Assembly (NCBI GenBank): GCA_964392445.1
Contig: CAYMPD010000002.1
Span: 37,037-101,036, forward strand
From: an uncultured archaeon
GTDB lineage: Archaea > Aenigmatarchaeota > Aenigmatarchaeia > CG10238-14
DNA length: 64,000 nt
Direction of reading: 5' to 3'
Made by a program: the position numbers and the translations under genes. Of the stretch, positions 20,948 through 29,788 are shown in pieces. Positions within the stretch are counted from its first letter, which is position 1. The number at the start of each line of letters is the position of its first letter. Below the pieces are notes generated by a model that did not search any database, was not told the DNA's origin, and saw only the letters and a program-made list of their open reading frames with translations.

Positions 20948-21598
20948 ATGGAAAAGAAGTTTCTAATAACTCGACCTAAACATGATTTGACAATGAAGTA
21001 TCTCCATCAATGGTCTGGAGAAATTCTTAAATTCGCTAAAAAAAGGAACATAGATTTCAGTGATTTTGAAGGTGAGAACGCAAATAGAGAAAATGTTCAA
21101 AAATTCTTAAAAAAGCAAAAACCAAAATTAGTTGTTTTTAATGGACATGGAAATCCTAAAATGATATGTGGGCACAACAACAAGCCTTTAATTGTAAGTG
21201 ATAAAAATGAGGAATTCTTAGAGTCAAAAATAAGTTATGCTATTTCATGTGATGCAGCTTCTGATTTGGGTTTGAAAATCGTTAAAAAGGGAGGGGAAAC
21301 ATTTATCGGTTATGAGGGACCTTTTGGTTTTGTGCGTGATGGGAGTAGAGAATGTAATCCATCTAAAGATAAGCTCGCTAAACCCTTTAAGAAGGTTTCA
21401 AACACTATCATCAAAGAAATAATTAAGGGGAAATCTGTTGAAAAATCTATCAAAAAATCTAAGAAAACCACTTCTGAATTATTGAAGAAGTACTCGTTAG
21501 AGGAAACTGAGCCTGGGCACAAAGAGATCAGGTTTTGGTTATTTTGGAATAGACATTTTCTAAGGATATTTGGGAACTCAGAGGCTAAATTTAAGTGA
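20948..21598 (+). CDS. Putative clan CD (caspase/gingipain/CHAT-fold) cysteine peptidase
   Basis: VVFNGHG (His67) and YAISC (Cys101), each after a hydrophobic beta-strand, then G...FIGY. Confidence 0.7.
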   Translation: MEKKFLITRPKHDLTMKYLHQWSGEILKFAKKRNIDFSDFEGENANRENVQKFLKKQKPKLVVFNGHGNPKMICGHNNKPLIVSDKNEEFLESKISYAISCDAASDLGLKIVKKGGETFIGYEGPFGFVRDGSRECNPSKDKLAKPFKKVSNTIIKEIIKGKSVEKSIKKSKKTTSELLKKYSLEETEPGHKEIRFWLFWNRHFLRIFGNSEAKFK

Positions 21599-21795
21599 AA
21601 TATATCATCTATTCCCATTATCTTCGATTCCTGAAATCAAACCAAAAACAAGCAGAAAGGATTAATATCTTCAATGCTAAAAACATGCACATCAATACCT
21701 CAAAAAATTCCAACTGGGGTTTAAATCCTTTTCTATTAAAAGTATAAAAAGCTTATTCACTAAAAAGTAAATACTAATAAATTTACTGCGGAGTA

Positions 21796-22137
21796 ATGAA
21801 TATGAAAGAAAAAACAGTCCAAGACATTTTTGATGTGAGCCAAACATTTGCTTCAGGAAAAAGAGTACTTCTTCTCTTCATATTAAGAGATGAACCAATG
21901 GGGTATACAATGATTACCAAATACTTTGACAGGGTCGGTGTTCCAATCGGTAGCAGTGAAGTTTATAAACATTTAAAACAACTTTTGAGCGGGGGATATA
22001 TCACCAAAAAAGGAAATTCTTATCTTCTAACATTAAAGGGATTAAAAGCAGTAGAAGCTACATTGGAGATAGTTGATACTCCTCCTGAAATACCAGAGCT
22101 CAAGTTGTCTTTCGAAGGAAGGGGTAAATCTAAATAA
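21796..22137 (+). CDS. Winged-helix DNA-binding protein
   Basis: KRVLLLFIL...PMGY..I......SSEVYKHLKQL...GYI.K....Y.LT.KG. Confidence 0.75.
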   Translation: MNMKEKTVQDIFDVSQTFASGKRVLLLFILRDEPMGYTMITKYFDRVGVPIGSSEVYKHLKQLLSGGYITKKGNSYLLTLKGLKAVEATLEIVDTPPEIPELKLSFEGRGKSK

Positions 22138-22170
22138 GGATTAAACTCCAAGAATTAAGAGAGTGAAAGG

Positions 22171-22881
22171 ATGGCTGAGAAGAAGTGGTCAGATTATTGG
22201 AGAAAATATAAATCATCGGATAAGGGTAAACCTAGTCCTAAGGGAAGCACTAAAAAGGAAAGGCCAACAATCAAAGTCTCACCAAAAATACCAAAGATTT
22301 CTGCTCCTAAAACAAACATAAATCTAAAATCCGTTTTCCTAATTTTGCTTGCACTCGGTGTTCTTGGTTTAGGTTTTTGGCAATTTAAATCCGCCAAGCT
22401 AATAGAAACACTTAAGGAGGAAGAACTAAGTCTTGAGCGCCAGCTTGTAAATTGTACAGAGCAACTTGAAAATACTAACGGGACTCTGATGGTTTGTAGT
22501 TCTAATCTTGATGACTGTAACGATAATCTTGCTAATAAGATCAGTCGACTGAACAGTTGTGAAAATGAGAAGAGTAATATTAATCAGGATTATGAGGATT
22601 GTGTGGATGATCTCTTACAGGCAGACCTTAACTATCAGGATCTTGAAGATGATTACAATGATTGCAGGAGTGTTTTGGGTGATAGGAACGATGCTTTAGA
22701 TGAATGTAACTCTGATTTGAATGCTCTTCAGAGTGATTATGATGATCTAAAGGACAATTACAGGAGTCTTTGTAATAACAATTGTAGTCAGGATTGTACT
22801 TTTGATTCAGGAACCCAAGAGTATGAGTGTCCGCAGACAACAACTACAACCACTACTCCAACAACAACCACAAGTGGTTAA
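22171..22881 (+). CDS. Type II membrane protein with Cys-studded coiled coil and Thr tail
   Basis: Basic N-terminus, one TM, acidic heptad repeats with Cys in register, terminal poly-Thr. Confidence 0.8.
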   Translation: MAEKKWSDYWRKYKSSDKGKPSPKGSTKKERPTIKVSPKIPKISAPKTNINLKSVFLILLALGVLGLGFWQFKSAKLIETLKEEELSLERQLVNCTEQLENTNGTLMVCSSNLDDCNDNLANKISRLNSCENEKSNINQDYEDCVDDLLQADLNYQDLEDDYNDCRSVLGDRNDALDECNSDLNALQSDYDDLKDNYRSLCNNNCSQDCTFDSGTQEYECPQTTTTTTTPTTTTSG

Positions 22882-22906
22882 TTTTTATTTTCCTAATACT
22901 TTTCTT

Positions 22907-23407
22907 ATGAACCACATCTATCTTCCAGTAATAATTTTCCTCTCTTTGTGTCTTTACTATATGTTAAGGAACAAACTCGCCATATTCTTCCCTAGTTTTT
23001 CAGGTATGTTAAGTATAATTCAAGACTTTGCAGATGTTGATAAGGATGATGTTATCTATGACCTAGGTTCAGGGGATGGTAGGGTCTTGGAGGTCTTTGC
23101 TAAGAAAGGAATCAAGTGTGTGGGGGTAGAACAGGATAGAATACTAAACAATCTGGCGAGAAAAAGACTTAAAAAATACAATAACGTTAAAATAATCCAA
23201 GGAAATATCTTCGATCAAAATCTCTCTGAGGCAACAGTTATTATCGCTTATCTCTCCAAGTTTGTTACCAGAAGACTTCAGAAAAAGATAAAGAAAGAAT
23301 GTAAAAAGGGTACCAAAATTATTCTTGTCTCTTATAGGTTCAAAGATTGGGAACCAACCAGATTCAAAAGATGGTTATGGGTTCCGATTAGGTTGTATGT
23401 ACTCTGA
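22907..23407 (+). CDS. Class I SAM-dependent methyltransferase
   Basis: IYDLGSGDGR motif I, GVE, IIQGNIFD, L...K.GT.I..Y.F; ATG at 22907. Confidence 0.9.
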   Translation: MNHIYLPVIIFLSLCLYYMLRNKLAIFFPSFSGMLSIIQDFADVDKDDVIYDLGSGDGRVLEVFAKKGIKCVGVEQDRILNNLARKRLKKYNNVKIIQGNIFDQNLSEATVIIAYLSKFVTRRLQKKIKKECKKGTKIILVSYRFKDWEPTRFKRWLWVPIRLYVL

Positions 23408-23562
23408 TTAAAAATTACCCCAGAAAATGAAGAAAACAGAAAAACTCAAAACTGACCCCAAATTACTCTAATGTTATGAGACTATTGTAGCAATTAAAGG
23501 CCAGAAAACGGCATCTAGAGAGGGTAAAAATTTAATTTTAAATGAATTTTTTTAGAGTGGAC

Positions 23563-25635
23563 TTATTTTTTCTTAGACTTTTTCTTCTTTCCCCAATCCT
23601 CTTTACTCTTGCAATTATGATCAATACACATACTATACGACTTCTTCCCTCTATTAACCCTAATCATCGGTAAACCACATTCAGAACATTTCTTTTTAAG
23701 TACAGTAATACCTCCAGACTGGGGTAAAGGATAACTGCGGTCACAATCAGGAAAGTTGTCACACCCTATGAACCTTTTACCTGTTTTTTTAGATCTGATT
23801 ATTTTCAGATTATTACCACATTTAGGACATTCGCCTATAGTTTTCTTGTTTCTTTTAAATGAAATATATGCTTTAGAAAGCTCCTCCCCTATTTTATCTT
23901 CTTTTTCTTTGAACTCCTTAAGTATACCTATCAATAAGTCCTTCGCTTCTTGAACAACTTCTCCCCTTTTCTTCTTACCCTCTCTTACCTGCTCCATTTC
24001 CTCCTCAAATTTACTGGTTAATTCTTCACTAACAATCTTCGGACAATTATTTTCCAGAACTTCGGCCACTTTCTCCCCGAATTCCGTTACTTCCACCTGT
24101 TTTCCCTTAATATAACCCCGATCATACAATGTTTGAACAATATTTGCCCTAGTAGCCTTAGTACCCAATCCTTTTTTCTCCATCTCTTTGATAATTGAAC
24201 CTTGACTGTAGCGGTTAGGAGGTTGTGTTTCCTTATCCAGCATTAAAAGTTCCTTCACCGGGAGAACTTTTCCTTTATTTAATTCTGGTAGTATTTGCTC
24301 TTTGTATCTGACATATTTTCCATAGAATTCTATCCAACCAGGCTTGACTGTCCTCTTACCAGAAAGCAAATAATTATGACCATCGACATCTAATACAACC
24401 CTCGTGCTCTCTCTGATTGCATCTGGTCCAAACACCGCTAAAAACCTCCGAACACATAGGTCATAAAGCCGTCTTTGTTGTCCAGTTAGTTTTCCAGAGA
24501 ATTCACCAGTGGGGAATATTGCTGGGTGGGCAGGATCTTTCTTTTTTCCTTCATTGGGTGTTAAACTACCTTGCCCCAATAATTTCTTACAATCCTTTTC
24601 ATATAGAGAATTCTTTGATAGTTTAGTTAAGATTTTTTTATACCCGATTTTCTTAGGTAGCTTCTGGCTGCTGGTTCTTGGGTAAGATATAAGTCCCGCG
24701 TTATAGAGAGCCTCGGCAATCGACATCGTTTGTTTAGGAGAGAATTTGAAGTGAGTGTAAGCAACACTTTGAAGGGAACTTGTGTTAAAAGGAACAGGGG
24801 GTCTTTGTTTATACCGTCTTTTGTTGATATCTTTTACCTTGGCATCTTGATCCTTACATTCTCCAAAGATTTTCTGGGCCTTAGGTTTCTCCCATATCTT
24901 GTCCTCCTTGTAATTAGCAATCAATTCATCCCCATCAGCCAAGCAATGTAATTCCAACTGCCAGTAGGGTGTAGGTATAAACTTCTTTATCTCAATTTCT
25001 CTTTCTGCGAGCATATGCAAGGTAGGACTTTGAACACGACCAGATGATACCAATTTAAACCCGTTCATATTCTTTTTCATGGCTATTGTTAATGCACGGG
25101 TAAGATTAATACCCCAGTAGAAGTCGAGGAAATGTCTAGTTAGACCAGATTCTAGTATCGGAAAAAGTATATGACTGGACATCTTTTTATAAGATTCCTT
25201 CAATTCACTTTTGGTTAACGTGGAGAATTTCATTCTTTTCGCATCTTTAACTTTACAAATAAAACGGAGAATATTATATAGAAGGACTTCTCCCTCTCTA
25301 TCCATATCAGTGGCACCCACGAATTCATCGGCATTTTTAGCAAGTTCTTTAATATTTTTAAAATACTTTTTTGTCCATCTCAAGTCTTTTTTTGTATATG
25401 TTGGTATCCAATCACAGGAAAAATTTGGATAGTTCCAGCCATCTCCATTATTCTTTGTATTTAAGGAGAATAAATGCCCAACGGCAGGCACACAAACATG
25501 TTTTTTACCATTTAAGGTAAATTCAAAATAATAAGCTCCACCTCTTCCGACTTTCTTAGCTTTGCCCTCTGAGAGAGATTTTGCTATCCGCTCGGATGCT
25601 TGTGGCTTTTCTGCTATTATCATAATATAACTCAT
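23563..25635 (-). CDS. topA: DNA topoisomerase IA
   Basis: IIAEKP, ATD.DREGE (Toprim), SSGRVQSPTL, LISYPRT active-site Tyr, GLGTKATR, C-terminal Zn ribbons. Confidence 0.97.
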   Translation of the reverse strand: MSYIMIIAEKPQASERIAKSLSEGKAKKVGRGGAYYFEFTLNGKKHVCVPAVGHLFSLNTKNNGDGWNYPNFSCDWIPTYTKKDLRWTKKYFKNIKELAKNADEFVGATDMDREGEVLLYNILRFICKVKDAKRMKFSTLTKSELKESYKKMSSHILFPILESGLTRHFLDFYWGINLTRALTIAMKKNMNGFKLVSSGRVQSPTLHMLAEREIEIKKFIPTPYWQLELHCLADGDELIANYKEDKIWEKPKAQKIFGECKDQDAKVKDINKRRYKQRPPVPFNTSSLQSVAYTHFKFSPKQTMSIAEALYNAGLISYPRTSSQKLPKKIGYKKILTKLSKNSLYEKDCKKLLGQGSLTPNEGKKKDPAHPAIFPTGEFSGKLTGQQRRLYDLCVRRFLAVFGPDAIRESTRVVLDVDGHNYLLSGKRTVKPGWIEFYGKYVRYKEQILPELNKGKVLPVKELLMLDKETQPPNRYSQGSIIKEMEKKGLGTKATRANIVQTLYDRGYIKGKQVEVTEFGEKVAEVLENNCPKIVSEELTSKFEEEMEQVREGKKKRGEVVQEAKDLLIGILKEFKEKEDKIGEELSKAYISFKRNKKTIGECPKCGNNLKIIRSKKTGKRFIGCDNFPDCDRSYPLPQSGGITVLKKKCSECGLPMIRVNRGKKSYSMCIDHNCKSKEDWGKKKKSKKK

Positions 25636-25919
25636 TTCTTTCCTCTCTTCTTTTCCCATTCTTCGAAAAATTCAACTAATTTTTCTGTAACACTATTTTC
25701 CACAAGTTCATAAAATTTCATTTTACCTCTAAGTTCAATTTCAATAAGTCCCGTTTCTTTCAGATCTTTGCCAGCTTTACTAATACCGGCTGGACTGAAA
25801 TTAACCTTTTTAGCTAACTCTCTTTCAAATAGGTTTTCCTTCCCTTCATTTTTTGATTTCCATAACTGATACAGAATCGATATTTTAACTTTAGAACCCA
25901 ATATTTTCTCTAACTCCAT
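25632..25919 (-). CDS. Winged-helix regulator, translationally coupled to topA
   Basis: LEKILGSKVKISIL...ERELAKKVNFSPAGISK...L...GLIE....G.MKFY; ATGA overlap with topA. Confidence 0.8.
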   Translation of the reverse strand: MELEKILGSKVKISILYQLWKSKNEGKENLFERELAKKVNFSPAGISKAGKDLKETGLIEIELRGKMKFYELVENSVTEKLVEFFEEWEKKRGKK

Positions 25920-25985
25920 AACCAACTTATTTGGAGTGATATATTTAAATATTAGTTGTATGAAATTTACTTTAGTGTTTTTATT

Positions 25986-26249
25986 ATGATAAAAGTTAAC
26001 AAAATGATTGAGGATATAGTAACAGAGCAAGGTATATCATTAACTGAAATAGCAAATTCTATAGGTGTTAGTAATTCTTATTTTTCAGCGATGAAGAAAA
26101 ATAAATTTAATCCCAGTGAAGTCGTTTTAGAGAAGTTGAAAAAATTCCATTATCTTCCCTCTTGTAAAGTGGGGGATTTAAAAAGAAATCAGGAATTCGA
26201 GAAGAATAATGGGATTATCGAGGATCATACAGGAATTATGTGTGATTGA
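25986..26249 (+). CDS. XRE/Cro-type HTH protein
   Basis: GISLTEIANSIGVSNSYFSAMKKNKFNPS...LEKL. Confidence 0.7.
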   Translation: MIKVNKMIEDIVTEQGISLTEIANSIGVSNSYFSAMKKNKFNPSEVVLEKLKKFHYLPSCKVGDLKRNQEFEKNNGIIEDHTGIMCD

Positions 26250-26260
26250 CCATAATAGAA

Positions 26261-27442
26261 TTAATCTATCAAATGTTCTTCCTTAACCCTGGAAAATAAA
26301 GCGGATATTAAAACCACAATACCAATCAAGACAAAAGTGTAATTCAATGACCAATCAACCAACATCCCCACAATTGGATTAATTATTGCTACTAAAAGTC
26401 TTCTTAACATGGATATAGTTGAAAGTATGGTTGCTCTCTCTGACGAGGGAACATGTTTGTTCATATAACTAGCAAAAAGAGGTCGTCTTGTAAGTCCAAA
26501 TCCACCCGCCACAAGTATAACTATTATTATCAAAGGTATGAAACTAGTCAAACCCCCGACTAAGAACAATAACCCAGTTATAAATGAACTCAGGAATAAC
26601 ATCCTTTTCTTTGATTTTACTATCACTTCAAGTTTACCATAAATATTCATAATAAAAATCTGACTTAAGACGAGGGAAGCGTGAACAAACCCAAAATATT
26701 CTATTGGAACCCCAGATTGCTCAAGTAAAGGCTGGTATAACCATATCATCAGATAACCAGCGGTGGCTATTATAATTATATCAAATGCCAATATTTTCAA
26801 CACTTGATTATCTTTGAAGTACTTTAACCCATCTTTTACTATTCTGATATACCTATTTGATTCGAGTTTTTTACTCGTTTTTGGTTCTTTAAAAGTTATA
26901 GCTAATAATGTGGCCACTGTTAAAGGAACCGACATCAATATTACCGGAGACCTTAACCCATAAATTCCTGCAACCAAACTCCCTATAGGAGATCCAACCA
27001 TAATTCCCAACAATTTGAAGGTTTGTACTCGGGCAAAGATTTTCTTTGATTTCTTCTCTTTACCTATTTTTTTAAGACTATCATAAACAAATGCTTCACC
27101 TGCACCCGATGCTAGAGCTAGGGCCATCGCTAGAATAAACTCTCCTAGCAAAAATACATAGAAATTCGATTGACTAACATAGACCAAAAACCCAACCCCG
27201 TTCAAAAAAGCAGCTAAAATTAACGAATGTTTTCTTCCCACATAATCCGCAACCGCACCCGTCGGCACTTCTAACAAAAATGTCCAGAACATGAACCAGG
27301 ACTGTAAGAACATAGTCTGGGTAAAATTTAACCCTCCCCATTCAGTGAAAAAGGGGATAAGTATCCCCCCAATAAAACTAAGGTTGCACAAGAAGTAAAA
27401 CAGGTAATATTTCCATATGTTTGACTTATAAGTAAATTCCAT
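26261..27442 (-). CDS. MFS transporter
   Basis: About 12 TM; LEVPTGAVADYVGRKHS (MFS motif A), SGA.EA.VYD. Confidence 0.93.
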   Translation of the reverse strand: MEFTYKSNIWKYYLFYFLCNLSFIGGILIPFFTEWGGLNFTQTMFLQSWFMFWTFLLEVPTGAVADYVGRKHSLILAAFLNGVGFLVYVSQSNFYVFLLGEFILAMALALASGAGEAFVYDSLKKIGKEKKSKKIFARVQTFKLLGIMVGSPIGSLVAGIYGLRSPVILMSVPLTVATLLAITFKEPKTSKKLESNRYIRIVKDGLKYFKDNQVLKILAFDIIIIATAGYLMIWLYQPLLEQSGVPIEYFGFVHASLVLSQIFIMNIYGKLEVIVKSKKRMLFLSSFITGLLFLVGGLTSFIPLIIIVILVAGGFGLTRRPLFASYMNKHVPSSERATILSTISMLRRLLVAIINPIVGMLVDWSLNYTFVLIGIVVLISALFSRVKEEHLID

Positions 27443-27489
27443 ATTTCTTCCTTTTAGAATTCGGATTTCAGATTTATTTAAATTGAACT

Positions 27490-28137
27490 TTACTCAATAA
27501 TAACAGGCCTATTCAAATATTCTTTCTCAGTTTCTTCTTTTAGACTCTTCAGATCTTGATCAAGAGTTTTAATTTTTTTATTAAAATCGTTTACCTTACT
27601 TTCAAGCTCTCTTAAGAATTGAGGAGTTTTTGTTACTATTTCCTTGTTGATTGAGGTTAAATTATCAACAATTGATTTCAGGGAGGATAGTTCTTTTTCG
27701 ATTTCTCTTGAAGGACCTTTTCTTCGGTCTAAATTACCAAGCCCTTTTTCCACAATTTCCATTTTATCATTAAATCTTTTAGCAAAAGCATCGATTTCAT
27801 TTTTTAATCTATTAACATCTTCTATTGAATTCTTTCTGTATTTTTCTAAATCATGAAGTTTTTCTCCCGTGATTTTCCTATAGTCATTAAAATTCTTATT
27901 AGATAATATAAGCGATTTTTCAAGTTCCTCCACCCTTCTTTCCAATAAATTAAACCTGTCTCGCATATTGATTGGGTTTTGGTCTTTTCTTTCTTCAATT
28001 TCCTTCAATTTACTCTTTCTTTCTTCAATTTCAGTAACTTCAGTTTTTTTAGGTTTTTTTACGAGATCCATATAAGAAATATCAGAGGGCTTACTTAGGT
28101 TAAAGTACTCATCTTCCAGTTCTTCTATTCCACTCAT
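27490..28137 (-). CDS. Coiled-coil protein
   Basis: Long heptad-rich charged sequence ending PVIIE. Confidence 0.75.
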   Translation of the reverse strand: MSGIEELEDEYFNLSKPSDISYMDLVKKPKKTEVTEIEERKSKLKEIEERKDQNPINMRDRFNLLERRVEELEKSLILSNKNFNDYRKITGEKLHDLEKYRKNSIEDVNRLKNEIDAFAKRFNDKMEIVEKGLGNLDRRKGPSREIEKELSSLKSIVDNLTSINKEIVTKTPQFLRELESKVNDFNKKIKTLDQDLKSLKEETEKEYLNRPVIIE

Positions 28138-28154
28138 TACATCACTAATAATTA

Positions 28155-28673
28155 TTATTGTTTACTCCTATTTATCTTATTTACCTTTCTCAACCACAAA
28201 TACCAAACACCAATTATCGCAAATATCATAATCTGCTGCCAGACATAAGTATGAAATATCTCAAACCAACGAACACCAAATTTCAATCCAACTAAAATAA
28301 CCAACAAAACCCGAAATACATTAAACACCAACAACCCAGGAACCCAAATTAACAAGAACTTCAATTTCTCCTTCAACCCCCCGGAAGAGGCAAATACCAA
28401 AGCAACCAAAGAATAAGTACTCTTCCATCCCAAGCAATCCCTAGAAATATCAATAGCTAAATTTTTAACATAAATAAAAATACCGTTCACTTCAACAAAA
28501 TAACCCCAGACTCTTACAATAGAACCAATAAAACTCGCGAACAATTCTTGTAAAAAAAAGAAATCAATATCAAAGTAAAGTACAACATAGAACGGAATTA
28601 GCAATAGATTAAACTTTACCAAGAACCACATTACCCTTCTCAGAGTTTCCTTTTTTTGTGTCCATTTACCCAT
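28155..28673 (-). CDS. Archaeosortase/exosortase-family membrane protease
   Basis: Multi-TM protein with catalytic-type Cys (ISRDCLG), Arg (FNVFRV) and His (FHTY) in family order. Confidence 0.85.
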   Translation of the reverse strand: MGKWTQKKETLRRVMWFLVKFNLLLIPFYVVLYFDIDFFFLQELFASFIGSIVRVWGYFVEVNGIFIYVKNLAIDISRDCLGWKSTYSLVALVFASSGGLKEKLKFLLIWVPGLLVFNVFRVLLVILVGLKFGVRWFEIFHTYVWQQIMIFAIIGVWYLWLRKVNKINRSKQ

Positions 28674-29788
28674 TGAATAAATCCTGACTTTCTGGCTTTT
28701 TTAAGTTTTTGATTGAAATCCTTTTCATTTGTTACTAAAACATCTTTCTTTTCTTCAATAACCAGGCTTTCTCTCGCCATTATCGGAAAATTAACCCCTT
28801 CCAAAACTTCCTTTCCTGGTTTATTCGGGGCTATCAATGCTTTAATCAGATAATCATTCATCACTTGGATGTTCGCGAAACTGTCTATTAAAACAACCCT
28901 ATCATTCAGATCCAACATCTTATCCAGTAATTTTACTTTGTCTGGTTTAATTCTTTCTAAATCAATTATAGGAACATAACCCTCTTTTTCCAATTTTCTT
29001 AAAGACTTTAGTTTTTCTACTGCTATATCTCTTTTCTCCAGTTCTTGTTCTAATCTATGAACTACCCTGTTCTCCTTTACCGTTTTTTTATCGTGAAACT
29101 TTTCGGCTTTCTCTTTCTGTTCTTTGAATTTCTTATCCCCTTTTTCCAATCTCTTTTTCAGTGTTTTATTATAGTTCCTAAGAATTTCAACATCGTTTTC
29201 TAGAATTCCAATTTTTTTCCTTAATTCTTCAACTTTTTTTGTACTTACATCATTAACTTTAGCCTTCTTTTTTTCAACAAAATCCTCTTTTTTTTGTCTG
29301 ATATCTTGAAGGACTATATTCACGGCGTCATTGATACTTCGGGATTCTTCCTCAATCAAGGATTTCAAGATTTTATCATAGAACTCGCTCAAACCAAGAT
29401 AAGAAATAGTTTTGTCTGTTTTCTTGAATAATTTCGAGTAATTTCTATGGGCTTTTAGTGCTGAGGCTAGTGCATCTCTTTGATGATCATCTTCGATTTT
29501 GGTAATATAATCCCGGACAAGATTGTACTTTTCCAGATTAGATAAATCTTCCCCTGGTTCAAACGTCTTACAACCCAAAGAACTCGCAAGTTTTCCCACG
29601 CTTTTTGGAAGTGGGCTTTTATCTCCAGCAATAATAATAGGACTACCCTTCTCGGTTATTTTCATCACTAACTCTTTTGTCTTAAAATCCTTCTTACTTT
29701 TCAGATAAAGAACATTCTTACCTGTATCCACAATTGCCAGAGCAGCAGTAGTACCAGGATCATATCCGACTATAATAGGTTTTGTCAT
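28640..29788 (-). CDS. DUF460 protein (RNase H-like N-terminus plus coiled coil)
   Basis: IIVGYDPGTTAALA, G.PIIIAGDKSP.P..V.KLA, DDHQRDALASA.KA. Confidence 0.88.
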   Translation of the reverse strand: MTKPIIVGYDPGTTAALAIVDTGKNVLYLKSKKDFKTKELVMKITEKGSPIIIAGDKSPLPKSVGKLASSLGCKTFEPGEDLSNLEKYNLVRDYITKIEDDHQRDALASALKAHRNYSKLFKKTDKTISYLGLSEFYDKILKSLIEEESRSINDAVNIVLQDIRQKKEDFVEKKKAKVNDVSTKKVEELRKKIGILENDVEILRNYNKTLKKRLEKGDKKFKEQKEKAEKFHDKKTVKENRVVHRLEQELEKRDIAVEKLKSLRKLEKEGYVPIIDLERIKPDKVKLLDKMLDLNDRVVLIDSFANIQVMNDYLIKALIAPNKPGKEVLEGVNFPIMARESLVIEEKKDVLVTNEKDFNQKLKKARKSGFIQWVNGHKKRKL

